Of a stretch of DNA of 64,000 bases, positions 37,595 through 47,469 are shown one piece after another. Under the pieces are notes generated by a model. The model made no database searches. It was not told the origin of the DNA and saw nothing but the letters and a program-made list of their open reading frames with translations. Positions within the stretch are counted from its first letter, which is position 1; each line of letters starts with the position of its first letter. A program made the position numbers and the translations under genes. The stretch comes from Anaerohalosphaeraceae bacterium. Its GTDB lineage: Bacteria > Planctomycetota > Phycisphaerae > Sedimentisphaerales > Anaerohalosphaeraceae. The DNA is taken from positions 160,001 through 224,000 of the forward strand of contig CAXXSL010000019.1 in NCBI GenBank assembly GCA_963675525.2, given 5' to 3'.

Positions 37595-40500
37595 TTAGCA
37601 TTCATCGCATTGGAGCTGGGCCAGTTTTTGGAGCAGCGAATACTTCTGTGCTGTATCCTTCTTGGCCAATTCCATCAATTTTTCCGCAATTTCCGGTTTT
37701 GATTTTGTCAGCGAGCGGAAACGGTTCTGGTCGTAAGCAAAGTCGGCAAAATCTGTCGTTGGTGCTTTCGAATCCAGTTGTAGCGGGTTCTTGCCTTCAA
37801 CTGCTAAGCGCGGGTCGAAACGGTACAACGGCCAATGACCGCAGGCGACGGCTTTTTTCTGTCCTTCGTAACCGGTTGCCATGTCAATACCATGTGCGAT
37901 ACAGTGGGTGTATGACAGAATGAGTGACGGGCCGTCATAACTTTCCGCTTCGGCAATGGCTTTGACCGCCTGATTCGGGTTGGCTCCAATTGAAATGGAG
38001 GCAACATAGATACCGCCGTAGCTCATGGCGATCAAGCCCATATTCTTCTTCGGCATTTTCTTACCGGCCGCGGCAAATTGAGCAACGGCCGCTCGCGGTG
38101 TGGATTTAGACATCTGTCCGCCCGTGTTGGAGTACACTTCCGTATCCAGTACGAGGACATTGACGTTTTCACCGCTGGCCAGTACGTGGTCCAACCCGCC
38201 GTAACCAATGTCATAGGCCCAACCGTCACCACCGACAACCCAGACACTCTTTTGGACGAGGTAATCGGCGACGGTCAAAAGCTTTTCGCAGTCATCGCAT
38301 TTGCTCTTTTGGCAGGCGGCTTTGAGTTTTTCAACGCGTGCCCGCTGTTCTTCGATGCCGGCCTGTGAAGTCTGGTCGGCGGATTTGATCTCTTCGGCCA
38401 GACCCTTTTCGATACACCCCGCCTCGGCGGTCTTGTCAATCAATTCAAGAGCATACGCCTTGAACTTGTTGACGGCCAGACGCATTCCCATGCCGAATTC
38501 GGCATTGTCTTCAAAGAGGCTGTTGCTCCAGGTCGGCCCGCGACCGTCAAAACGCTGAGCATAGGGGGTGGTCGGCAGGTTGCCGCCGTAGATGGACGAG
38601 CATCCTGTGGCATTGGCGATATACAGGCGGTCGCCGAACAACTGGCTGATGAGCTTGACATTGGCGGTTTCGCCGCAACCGGCACATGCGCCGCTGAACT
38701 CAAACAGCGCCGGAACGAACTGGCTGCCTTTAATGCTGGCGACTTTGAACTTGCTCGGGTCCGTGTCCGGAATCGACAGGAAGTAATCGAAATTATTCCG
38801 TTCTGCTTCACGCAGCGGTTCCTGCAGGGACATGTTGATTGCCTTGCGGTCAGGATTGTTTTTGTCCTTGCCGGGGCAATTGACGACACAGGCGGTACAA
38901 CCGGTGCAGTCTTCGGGTGCGACCTGAACGGTAAACTTCATGCCTGCAAAGTCTTTGCCTTTGGCCTCGGCGCTCTTGAAAGTTACGGGTGCGTTTTGCA
39001 GTTGATCCGAATCGTAAGCCTTGATGCGAATCGCCGCGTGCGGACAGACCAGTGAACACTGGCCGCACTGAATGCAGACATCCGGTTCCCAGACGGGGAT
39101 ATGAACGGCGATATTGCGTTTTTCATATTTGGTAGTTGCTGTGGGGAATTTTCCATCGCAGGGCATTTTGCTGACCGGCAGTTGGTCGCCGCGGCCGGCC
39201 ATGATTTCAGCCGTAACGTCTTTGACAAAGCCCGGGGCATCATCGGGAACCATGCTGGCCATGTGCATTTCGCTGGTGGCCACATCTGGGACCGTGACTT
39301 CACAGATCTTGCTCAATGCTGCGTCCACCGCTGCATTGTTCATGTTGACGATCTTGTCACCCTTCTTGCCGTAGGATTTCTTAATGGCTGTTTTGATTGC
39401 CGCAACTGCGGTGTTGGCATCAATGACACCGCTAATTTTGAAGAATGCCGTCTGCATGATGACGTTGATGCGAGAGCCGAGGCCCAGTTCTTCGGCAATG
39501 CTAATGGCATCAATGACATAGAACTTCAGCTTCTTCTTGATGATTTGCTGTTGGACTTCGACCGGCAGCGTATCCCAGACTTTGTCGGCGCTGTGCAGAC
39601 TGGTCAGCAGGAATGTACCGCCTTGTTTGATGTGGCTGAGCATGTCGTATTTTTCCAGGAAGCTGGGATTGTGACAGGCCAGGAAGTCCGCTTTCTTCAC
39701 CAGGTACGGGCTGCGAATTACTTCGGGGCCAAACCGCAGGTGAGACACCGTCATGGCACCGGCTTTCTTGGAGTCATACACAAAATAGCCCTGTGCATAG
39801 TTGTCCGTTTCTCCGCCGATGATCTTGATGCTGTTTTTGTTGGCGCCGACCGTACCGTCTGAGCCCAGGCCGTAGAACATTGCGGTGTAAGACGTGGTCG
39901 GGATGTCAAATGTTTCGTCGACGATCAGGCTGGTCTTGCAGATGTCGTCGTTGATGCCGACGGTGAAGTGGTTCTTCGGTTCTTCCAGATCGAGGTTGTC
40001 AAAGACGGCCTTGACCATGGCGGGCGTAAATTCCTTGGAACCCAAGCCGTAACGGCCGCCCACACAAATCGGGTACGTCGTAAACGGCGCGATCTTTTCG
40101 GCCATGGTTTCGCCGATCGCTGTGCGGATATCCAGATACAGCGGTTCGCCGATGGAACCGGGTTCTTTCGTGCGGTCCAGCACGGCGATTTTGGAAACGG
40201 TCTTCGGCATGGATTTAATAAAATGCTCAACACTGAACGGACGGAACAGGCGGACCTTGATCAGGCCAACCTTTTGGCCTTTGCTGTTGAGGTAATCGAC
40301 GGTTTCGTGTGCGGTTTCAGCACCGGAGCACATCATCACAATGACCTTTTCAGCGTCAGGGGCACCGACATAATCGAACAGGTGATACTGCCGTCCGACG
40401 ACCTTCGCAAATGCGTCCATGGTGTCCTGGACGATCTTCGGCGTCGCGGTATAGAATTTATTAACGGTTTCCCTTCCCTGGAAATACACATCCGGGTTCT

Positions 40501-41158
40501 GGGCGGTTCCGCTGATCATCGGGCGGTCCGGACTGAGGGCCCGTGCTTTGTGGGCGGCGACCAGTGAATCATCAATCACCGCACGCATATCATCGTATGT
40601 CAGTTCTTCGACCTTCTGAACTTCGTGACTGGTTCTAAAGCCATCGAAGAAATGCAGGAAGGGCACACGCGACGCCAATGTTGACTGCTGGGCGATCAGG
40701 GCCAGGTCCATGACTTCCTGTACGTTGTTGGAGGCCAGCATGCCGTAGCCGGTCTGACGGCAGGCCATGACATCGGAGTGGTCGCCGAAAATGCTCAGAG
40801 CCTGACAGGCCAGCGAGCGGGCCGAAACGTGAAAGACGGTCGGGGTCAGTTCGCCGGCGATCTTGTACATGTTCGGAATCATCAGCAACAGTCCCTGCGA
40901 AGCCGTAAAGGTTGTAGTCAATGCCCCCGCGGCCAGAGCGCCGTGAACGGCACCGGCGGCGCCGCCTTCGGACTGCATTTCGGTTACGGATGGTATCGTT
41001 CCCCAGATATTCGGTTGATTCGCCGCGGATTTGGCATCTGAAATTTCTCCCATGGGTGAACTGGGTGTGATCGGATAGATGGCAATGACCTCATTGGTCG
41101 CATGGGCGACATGAGCCGCCGCGGCATTGCCGTCGATTGTTACCTTTTTTCGTTCCAT
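37595..41158 (-). CDS. nifJ: Pyruvate:ferredoxin (flavodoxin) oxidoreductase
   Basis: YPITPSS, EMQSEGGAAG, GLGSDGTVGANKN, two 4Fe-4S CxxCxxCxxxCP motifs, GDGWAYDIG TPP motif. Confidence 0.98.
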   Translation of the reverse strand: MERKKVTIDGNAAAAHVAHATNEVIAIYPITPSSPMGEISDAKSAANQPNIWGTIPSVTEMQSEGGAAGAVHGALAAGALTTTFTASQGLLLMIPNMYKIAGELTPTVFHVSARSLACQALSIFGDHSDVMACRQTGYGMLASNNVQEVMDLALIAQQSTLASRVPFLHFFDGFRTSHEVQKVEELTYDDMRAVIDDSLVAAHKARALSPDRPMISGTAQNPDVYFQGRETVNKFYTATPKIVQDTMDAFAKVVGRQYHLFDYVGAPDAEKVIVMMCSGAETAHETVDYLNSKGQKVGLIKVRLFRPFSVEHFIKSMPKTVSKIAVLDRTKEPGSIGEPLYLDIRTAIGETMAEKIAPFTTYPICVGGRYGLGSKEFTPAMVKAVFDNLDLEEPKNHFTVGINDDICKTSLIVDETFDIPTTSYTAMFYGLGSDGTVGANKNSIKIIGGETDNYAQGYFVYDSKKAGAMTVSHLRFGPEVIRSPYLVKKADFLACHNPSFLEKYDMLSHIKQGGTFLLTSLHSADKVWDTLPVEVQQQIIKKKLKFYVIDAISIAEELGLGSRINVIMQTAFFKISGVIDANTAVAAIKTAIKKSYGKKGDKIVNMNNAAVDAALSKICEVTVPDVATSEMHMASMVPDDAPGFVKDVTAEIMAGRGDQLPVSKMPCDGKFPTATTKYEKRNIAVHIPVWEPDVCIQCGQCSLVCPHAAIRIKAYDSDQLQNAPVTFKSAEAKGKDFAGMKFTVQVAPEDCTGCTACVVNCPGKDKNNPDRKAINMSLQEPLREAERNNFDYFLSIPDTDPSKFKVASIKGSQFVPALFEFSGACAGCGETANVKLISQLFGDRLYIANATGCSSIYGGNLPTTPYAQRFDGRGPTWSNSLFEDNAEFGMGMRLAVNKFKAYALELIDKTAEAGCIEKGLAEEIKSADQTSQAGIEEQRARVEKLKAACQKSKCDDCEKLLTVADYLVQKSVWVVGGDGWAYDIGYGGLDHVLASGENVNVLVLDTEVYSNTGGQMSKSTPRAAVAQFAAAGKKMPKKNMGLIAMSYGGIYVASISIGANPNQAVKAIAEAESYDGPSLILSYTHCIAHGIDMATGYEGQKKAVACGHWPLYRFDPRLAVEGKNPLQLDSKAPTTDFADFAYDQNRFRSLTKSKPEIAEKLMELAKKDTAQKYSLLQKLAQLQCDEC

Positions 41159-41478
41159 AGATCTCTCCAATATATTGAAAATAAAACCGTTAGAGGGGTT
41201 CGGCTCTCAAACCCCGCGTTCTGTTACGACAAATAGATTATCCTTATACCACGACCGTCGCTCACAGGCAAAGGGTTTTTTGCCGGAATTGATTCAAAAA
41301 AGGCTTTAATCAGGACGAAGACCACATGGATTGTCGGATTTTAGAGTCGAAAATGTCACACTCCGGCACCAATTGCCGGATATGGTTGTCCTGCTTCCCC
41401 GATTCTTACCAAACCGGGCGGCAGCGACTCAGTCAGCTGCTGATGCCCCCTCAGAGAGGGGGCTGTCAATAAATTTTA

Positions 41479-43563
41479 TCAATGCAGGGTATGCAGGTTA
41501 TTGGCGGGATTGGTATAGTCGGCATACTGCTTGGGATCCGTGTTATAAAGACACTCTTCGATATTGGTATACCCATCGCTATCGCTGTCGGCGGGGCCGT
41601 CTGAAGCGTCTTTCGGGTCGAATCCATGTTCCTTTTCATAATCGTCGGGCATGCCGTCATTGTCCGTATCGTCGGGGGCTACTGCACCGGCGGCAGGCGG
41701 CGGGAAGCTCTCACTTTGCCACATATCAAAGGACGTGCGTTCATTGCTGCCGGGATTGTAGGACTCCCAATCCGAAGGTGATTTCGTCCAGAAGGCAGCT
41801 TTGGCCTTGCGAGCCATGATTCTTTCAATCCAGACGGTATCGGTGGTATCCCGCATGGGCATACAGGCACCGATGACCGGCAACAGGCGCTGCTCAAGTT
41901 CCTCAGCCGGATACGTCGTCACAGGCATCACTTCAAACGGACCCTTGACATAGCTGTCTTTCGGAACGGGGTCAAAAGGTTGTCTCTGTCCGTTGATTTC
42001 CTGGAGGTTGCCGGCGGCATAGTTGTTCTCGGTGGCGTTGAAGCTGTAGGTGAAGGGGGTATCGGGATTATCGATGATCAGGTTGTTGACAAGATTGAAC
42101 TGATTGGTTAACCGTTTGGAGTGTCCGCTGCGGCAGTTATACAGGATATTGTTGCGCCAGTCGATACGACCGCAGTCCACTTCGGGTGAACGGCTGAGCG
42201 TGTCGTGCAGGATACAATGGTGGATGGAACCCACGCCGCCGATTTCGGGTCCGTACGGGTGTGAGCCAAGCCCCGACATGCCCGGACCGATGTTGCAGTA
42301 CTGGAACGTATAATTCCAGAAGGTATGACCCTGTCCGATGAAACGCAACACCTCGTCACTGCCGTAGGCAAAGCTGCAATGGTCGAAAATCAGGTTTTTG
42401 AGGTCACCTTGCGTATTCATGCCGTCCGCGGCAAGCGGAGGGCGCAGACGCCACCGCATACCCCGCATGATGATATTGCTGGCGGCCATGCACACGCGCC
42501 CGCAGATCTCGATACCTTCGCCGGGGGCATTGGTGCCGATAAGCGTCATATCAGGTTCGGTGATCCAGAGGTCTTCAGGCAGCACGATCTGGCCGGAGAC
42601 TTTAAAGAGGACGATTCGGGGGCCTTTGGTGTTGACGGCTTCAGCAAAACTGCCCGGGCCGCTGGTGTTGGTGTTGGTCACATAAATGACCTTGCCGCCG
42701 CGACCGCCTGTGGTCATGGCCCCCATACCCTCGGCACCCGGGAATGCGGGCAGGTAACCCTTCGGCATGGGCCGAGGCCCGCCGGAAAGGATCAGCCAGA
42801 AATAGGAATCCTCGACTTCCACTTTGGACCCGCGACTGCCCTGGGGAAACTCGCGCATGTAAAGATACAGATGGTCCGTGATCTTGGCCCCGATCTGGCC
42901 CATGTGCGATTGTGTCAGCATGTGCGCGCCATAAGACTCGAAAGCGGTAACCAACTGCTGAACCTTTGTCTTGACATCGGACTTGACTGTCTCAATCGGT
43001 ATGTCAGGCATATGCTCGTTGAAAAGTCGGTCAAACTCGGGCGTCATGGTATGGCGCTGGTTGCTCCGCATGGCCTGACGCTGCTGATGCATGTCTAAGT
43101 ATTTCTTACGAGCCGCTTCGTCCTCGGTGATACCAAAGAACGTCCGATGGGGATAGGCATCTCGACCGCCCGGGATGAGCACACAATTGCCGCCGAACTT
43201 GCCGCCGCCAATGTTGATGATGCCATTGAACCGGGTCTGGTATTCGAGAATGATATGCGGCGCCTCCAGGATATGACCGGGGCGGACCTCCACCCGCACG
43301 GAGGGGACGGGACCAAGCTTGCGGTAGGCCTGTCGACCGAGCTTGTCGCTCAGCGCTTGTAAAAATGCCGGGTCCTTGTCCAGGTCGATCCTGTCAAAAA
43401 AAGCCGGATCCAGGGCATCCGCCAACAGAGGACACGCGTTTACCATCTCAGCGGCGGCGGCAGCCTTAGGATACTGTTTTTCAAATGAAAAATCTTCGCC
43501 CCAGGTTGCATGGCTTAATATGAAAACAATCCCCAAAGAAAAGCATAGTTTATTCATGTTCAT
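41479..43563 (-). CDS. Secreted pectate lyase (PL1-like) with uncharacterised N-terminal extension
   Basis: AFPGAEG.G..TTGGRGG, GPRIVLFKVSG, IFDHCS..GSDE, RSP; C-terminal DTDNDGMPD..DSDSDGYTNIEE. Confidence 0.85.
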   Translation of the reverse strand: MNMNKLCFSLGIVFILSHATWGEDFSFEKQYPKAAAAAEMVNACPLLADALDPAFFDRIDLDKDPAFLQALSDKLGRQAYRKLGPVPSVRVEVRPGHILEAPHIILEYQTRFNGIINIGGGKFGGNCVLIPGGRDAYPHRTFFGITEDEAARKKYLDMHQQRQAMRSNQRHTMTPEFDRLFNEHMPDIPIETVKSDVKTKVQQLVTAFESYGAHMLTQSHMGQIGAKITDHLYLYMREFPQGSRGSKVEVEDSYFWLILSGGPRPMPKGYLPAFPGAEGMGAMTTGGRGGKVIYVTNTNTSGPGSFAEAVNTKGPRIVLFKVSGQIVLPEDLWITEPDMTLIGTNAPGEGIEICGRVCMAASNIIMRGMRWRLRPPLAADGMNTQGDLKNLIFDHCSFAYGSDEVLRFIGQGHTFWNYTFQYCNIGPGMSGLGSHPYGPEIGGVGSIHHCILHDTLSRSPEVDCGRIDWRNNILYNCRSGHSKRLTNQFNLVNNLIIDNPDTPFTYSFNATENNYAAGNLQEINGQRQPFDPVPKDSYVKGPFEVMPVTTYPAEELEQRLLPVIGACMPMRDTTDTVWIERIMARKAKAAFWTKSPSDWESYNPGSNERTSFDMWQSESFPPPAAGAVAPDDTDNDGMPDDYEKEHGFDPKDASDGPADSDSDGYTNIEECLYNTDPKQYADYTNPANNLHTLH

Positions 43564-43711
43564 CTGTCTTCACCTTATCATAATTCTAACTATGGAGAAA
43601 AGAAGGATGCACTGTGCACCCTCTAAAAAGCAAATTTATACTATTCGCTGATTGCATCCGCATTATTCCCGAAGCTAAATGGAATTGCAAGCAAAGGATA
43701 TAATAATTCTT

Positions 43712-43876
43712 AAGGGCACCTCTAACAATCCATTTCGGCGGGCAAGCGAATCTTTTTGATTCCGGACGGCGTCAGGCAAAAGCCGCTTTAGCTTCAACTA
43801 AAGCTGATTTGCTTTCCTTGCCGGAAGTCAAAAATATTTTACTTGCCGCTCAAAAGCAATTATTAGAGCGGCCCTT
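43712..43876. mobile_element. MITE/REP-like 165 bp imperfect palindrome
   Basis: Terminal inverted repeats AAGGGCACCTCTAACAAT / AAGGGCCGCTCTAATAAT (15 of 18) plus nested internal inverted repeats; no ORF. Confidence 0.65.
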
Positions 43877-43912
43877 GAACTTTCACAATACATTAAGGTT
43901 CTCTAAAATTTC

Positions 43913-45502
43913 CTATTGCATTTTTCGGATGCGAATCTCGATCTGGTTTTCGTTTTCGAGCAGTTTGGTCAGTTTGCTTACATCGGTATCGCCGTAGTGG
44001 TACGGGTAGAGGATTTTCGGTTTAAAGGATTTAGCGGCGTCGGCGGCCATTTCCGGCGTCATGGTATAAGGCAGGTTCATCGGCAAAAAGGCGATGTCGA
44101 TGTTTTTCAGGTCGGCCATTTCGGGAACGTTCTCGGTATCTCCGGCGATATAGATGTGCTTGTCTGCAACCGTGAGGACATAGCCATTGCCGCGGCCTTT
44201 CGGATGGAAAGGCTGGCCATTGGAGCGTTGATGGACGATGTTGTAGGCCGGGACCGCTTCAACGATGAATCCCGCGATATCCTGCTTGTCGCCGTTTTTC
44301 ATGACGATGCTGTCGGGGACCTTCTCGGCACAGGAGGCCGGCGCAATAATGGTGGTTTTCTCTTGTTGAATTTGCTCAATGGCTTTTGTGTCGAGGTGAT
44401 CGCCGTGCTCGTGTGTGACCAAAATGATATCCGCTTTGGACATTTTGGTATAATCGGCCAGATTTGTCCATGGGTCAATATGGATGGTTTTGCCGGCGCA
44501 TTGGAGCATCAGTGTTCCGTGTCCGATGAAGGTGATGGATAACGGGCCGCCGGTGGTTTCAATGGTGTCGGTTTCGAACATTTTTTCCGTCTCCTTTTTG
44601 CCGAGAGTTCGCTGGAAAAATTCAATCACCGGGTTGAGTGCTTCCGGCCCGCCGAAACCGTGTCCCTTACCTTTCATGATGATCAGTTTTGCATCGACGC
44701 CCTGGGCTATGAGCAAGTCGTAGAGCAGTTGGCTTTGCTGGAGGGGAACGAGGTCGTCGCGGTCGCCGTGCATAATGAGGAACGGCGGGGCGTTTTTCGT
44801 GACATGGGTGACGGGACTGCACATTTCGGCAAGTTGGCGTTTTTCAGAAACGCGGCCGCCGAGCAGTTTGATCTCGGGATCCTGACCGTCTTCGAACTGC
44901 CGCTTGCCGATCGACATGGTAAACATATCGCTTGGGCCGAACCAATCGCACACGGCCTGTACGTTGCTGGATGTGTCGGTGTGTCCGCCGAGTGTGCCTT
45001 CCAGTGTTTTGCTGCCGTTGGTTGTGCCGAGCAGGGCAACCAAATGCCCGCCGGCTGAATCGCCCCAGGCTCCGATACGGTCGGGGTCGATATGGTAGGC
45101 TTTTGCGTTGGCCCGCAGAAATCGAACGGCCGCTTTGCAGTCGTGAATCTGGGCGGGGAAAATGGCAACGTTCGAAAACCGGTAGTTGATGCTGGCGACA
45201 GCAAAGCCGTGCTGCAGCAGAGGCAGTGCGAGGCAATGTGATTTGTCGCTGGCAAGCCATGCGCCGCCGTGAATCCAGACGACCAGCGGCAGGGGGCCTT
45301 CGGTATTTTGGGGGATGTAAAGGTCCAGCTTTAATTCAATATCGTCAACCGTTGCGTAGGTGATGTCCTTATGGAGGGTGGCATTTTTCAGCCATTGATT
45401 TGATTCGGGTGAACCAGGACTGACTCCGCAAAGTCCCGATAAGATCAGGCACATGAATTCAATAGTAAGCATCGAAACAGGTTGTGTGGTTTTATATTTC
45501 AT
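43913..45502 (-). CDS. Alpha/beta hydrolase (esterase) fused to an MBL-fold metallo-hydrolase
   Basis: HGGAW, GDSAGG, HGDRDDLVP, GHG triad; then THEHGDHLD, AYN, AGDT, PYHYG. Confidence 0.88.
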   Translation of the reverse strand: MKYKTTQPVSMLTIEFMCLILSGLCGVSPGSPESNQWLKNATLHKDITYATVDDIELKLDLYIPQNTEGPLPLVVWIHGGAWLASDKSHCLALPLLQHGFAVASINYRFSNVAIFPAQIHDCKAAVRFLRANAKAYHIDPDRIGAWGDSAGGHLVALLGTTNGSKTLEGTLGGHTDTSSNVQAVCDWFGPSDMFTMSIGKRQFEDGQDPEIKLLGGRVSEKRQLAEMCSPVTHVTKNAPPFLIMHGDRDDLVPLQQSQLLYDLLIAQGVDAKLIIMKGKGHGFGGPEALNPVIEFFQRTLGKKETEKMFETDTIETTGGPLSITFIGHGTLMLQCAGKTIHIDPWTNLADYTKMSKADIILVTHEHGDHLDTKAIEQIQQEKTTIIAPASCAEKVPDSIVMKNGDKQDIAGFIVEAVPAYNIVHQRSNGQPFHPKGRGNGYVLTVADKHIYIAGDTENVPEMADLKNIDIAFLPMNLPYTMTPEMAADAAKSFKPKILYPYHYGDTDVSKLTKLLENENQIEIRIRKMQ

Positions 45503-45922
45503 CGTTTATGGTCCTTTCCATCATTTAGGGGTCTGTTTTTCCTGCGAAAAGTTGTTCTGTGCCGCCTGATTATACTCGATATATAGACTAATGAAAGGGG
45601 CACATAAAATTGAAATTCAAGAATCCCGGTTCATTCTTGGTTTACGACTTATTTTAACCTTAATAGAATCGCTGTTATGCAGGCAATTTTAGTTCAGGAT
45701 GCAAAAAATACCGAACCCGTCAGCATGAGACTGCTTCAATATTGCCCGCCTGAATACATGTTTTTAGCTGTGTTAGCCCCATAAAATCATCTCCTGTAAA
45801 GGTCATCCGTACAATTGCCAAAAAAATGCGATATCAGTATTGAAATTCGCGATTTTTATTAAACTTTTCCATTCGACTCAGACGATATTTAGACATAGAA
45901 GTTGGCACTTTGAAAACAAAAC

Positions 45923-46060
45923 AACAACTCTTAATAAGTGGCCCATAAGGCCAAACGCAGCCTGGACCTGTCAGTGTCAACCTTAAGCGACGGCGCACAA
46001 GGCAGATCGGAATCGAGGCACAAGCAGAAACGGGCGTAGGCGAATACGAGAAGAGTTGTT
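45923..46060 (+). ncRNA. Structured rod-like ncRNA, 6S RNA candidate
   Basis: Nested pairings AACAACTCTT/AAGAGTTGTT, GCCC/GGGC, GCCT/AGGC, GACCTGTC/GGCAGATC, GTGTC/GGCGC; G-U pairs favour the + strand; followed by a terminator. Confidence 0.6.
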
Positions 46061-46066
46061 CTTAAG

Positions 46067-46097
46067 ACAAAAGGCAGGGCATGGGCCCTGCCTTTGT
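46067..46097. terminator. Bidirectional terminator between the ncRNA and rodA
   Basis: AAAGGCAGGGC-ATGG-GCCCTGCCTTT. Confidence 0.85.
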
Positions 46098-46113
46098 TTA
46101 TGCGCCTGAAACG

Positions 46114-47430
46114 TTATTCCCCGCGGAATTCGAAGGGCTTCTTGGCGACAGAGAAAGGGCGGTACTTTCCGATATTATTCAGCAAACCGATCGCGGTTAT
46201 GTTGACCACCAGGCTTGACCCGCCATAGCTGACCAGCGGCAGCGTCAGTCCGGTGATCGGCATCAGCCCCATTGTCATACCGACATTGACCAGCACCTGA
46301 ACAGCGAACATCGCGGCGATCCCGACGGCCACGAGCCGGCCGAACGGGTCGGTATTCAAAAAGGCCAGTTCGATGGCGCAAGCGATGATGATCACATAGA
46401 GAGTCAAGACGCCTGCGCAGCCGAGAAAGCCGAATTGGTGGGCGATGGCCGCGAAGATAAAATCATTATGCGGTTCGGGTAGATAGTTATATTGGATATA
46501 AGGCCCTTTGGCAAAGCCGTAGCCATCGAGGCCGCCGGAAGTGATGGCTTGTTTGGAATGCAGGAGTTGATAGCCTTTGCCTTGGCGCCAGGTACGCAGT
46601 TCGTCCGGGTCGCCGACGAGAATATCGCCCAGTTTGGGGTTGGTTTTGGCGGCTTGAAAAATCTTTTCATTTTGCAGCAGGACCGAGGAGATACGCATAC
46701 GCTGGTAAGGGCGCATAAAATGCCACAGCATCGGCGAGACCGCCAGTCCCAGACACAAGATGATCAGCAGATGTTTGACTTTTGCCCCGGCCACAAACAA
46801 CATCGAAAACAGGATCGGCATCATTAACAGAACCGTCCCCAGGTCCGGTTCCAGCAGGATCAGGACCATTGCCAGCAGGGTCAGGGCAAACGGACCGATG
46901 AGCCCGAAGAATTTCCGGTAATTTGAGCGGTATCGCAGATACCACGCCAGAGCGAGAATATACGCGATCTTACAGAATTCCGAGGGTTGAATCCGAAAAC
47001 CGAAACCGATATTGATCCAGCGTCGGGAACTATTGATATAGGGCACAAACGGCAGGTCAATGACCTTGTCCACCAATAACACTGCCAGCAGGACAAGAAT
47101 GACCGCGTATAATAAATAGCTCAACGGTCCGAGACGTTGATAATTGAATACATTCACGAATATCAGACAGAACAAGCCTGTGGCCGCGAAAATCGATTGT
47201 TTTTTCCATTTATCGGAATATTGGTTTTCCCGGCTCACAGCAGTGCCAGGATTGTCCGGCTGACCACTGGTGTCTGCCTCAAGAGAACCGGTGACCGGAT
47301 CGGGTTGTTCTGCGCTGGGGTGTCCGATGCTGTAAATGGTCATTACACCGATGCCTACCAGCAACGCCGCCGAGGCCAGCATCAGCATCCGCATAAAAAA
47401 GAAACGACCTTTAAAAATGAACAATACCAT
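46114..47430 (-). CDS. rodA: SEDS-family peptidoglycan glycosyltransferase (RodA/FtsW)
   Basis: SRRWI, IQPSEFCK, EPDLGT, GYQL, LPEPHNDFIF, PITGLTLPLVSYGGSS. Confidence 0.92.
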   Translation of the reverse strand: MVLFIFKGRFFFMRMLMLASAALLVGIGVMTIYSIGHPSAEQPDPVTGSLEADTSGQPDNPGTAVSRENQYSDKWKKQSIFAATGLFCLIFVNVFNYQRLGPLSYLLYAVILVLLAVLLVDKVIDLPFVPYINSSRRWINIGFGFRIQPSEFCKIAYILALAWYLRYRSNYRKFFGLIGPFALTLLAMVLILLEPDLGTVLLMMPILFSMLFVAGAKVKHLLIILCLGLAVSPMLWHFMRPYQRMRISSVLLQNEKIFQAAKTNPKLGDILVGDPDELRTWRQGKGYQLLHSKQAITSGGLDGYGFAKGPYIQYNYLPEPHNDFIFAAIAHQFGFLGCAGVLTLYVIIIACAIELAFLNTDPFGRLVAVGIAAMFAVQVLVNVGMTMGLMPITGLTLPLVSYGGSSLVVNITAIGLLNNIGKYRPFSVAKKPFEFRGE

Positions 47431-47469
47431 AGGCGTCCGTATCCTGAAGATTCTTTTGTTGCTGACGTT

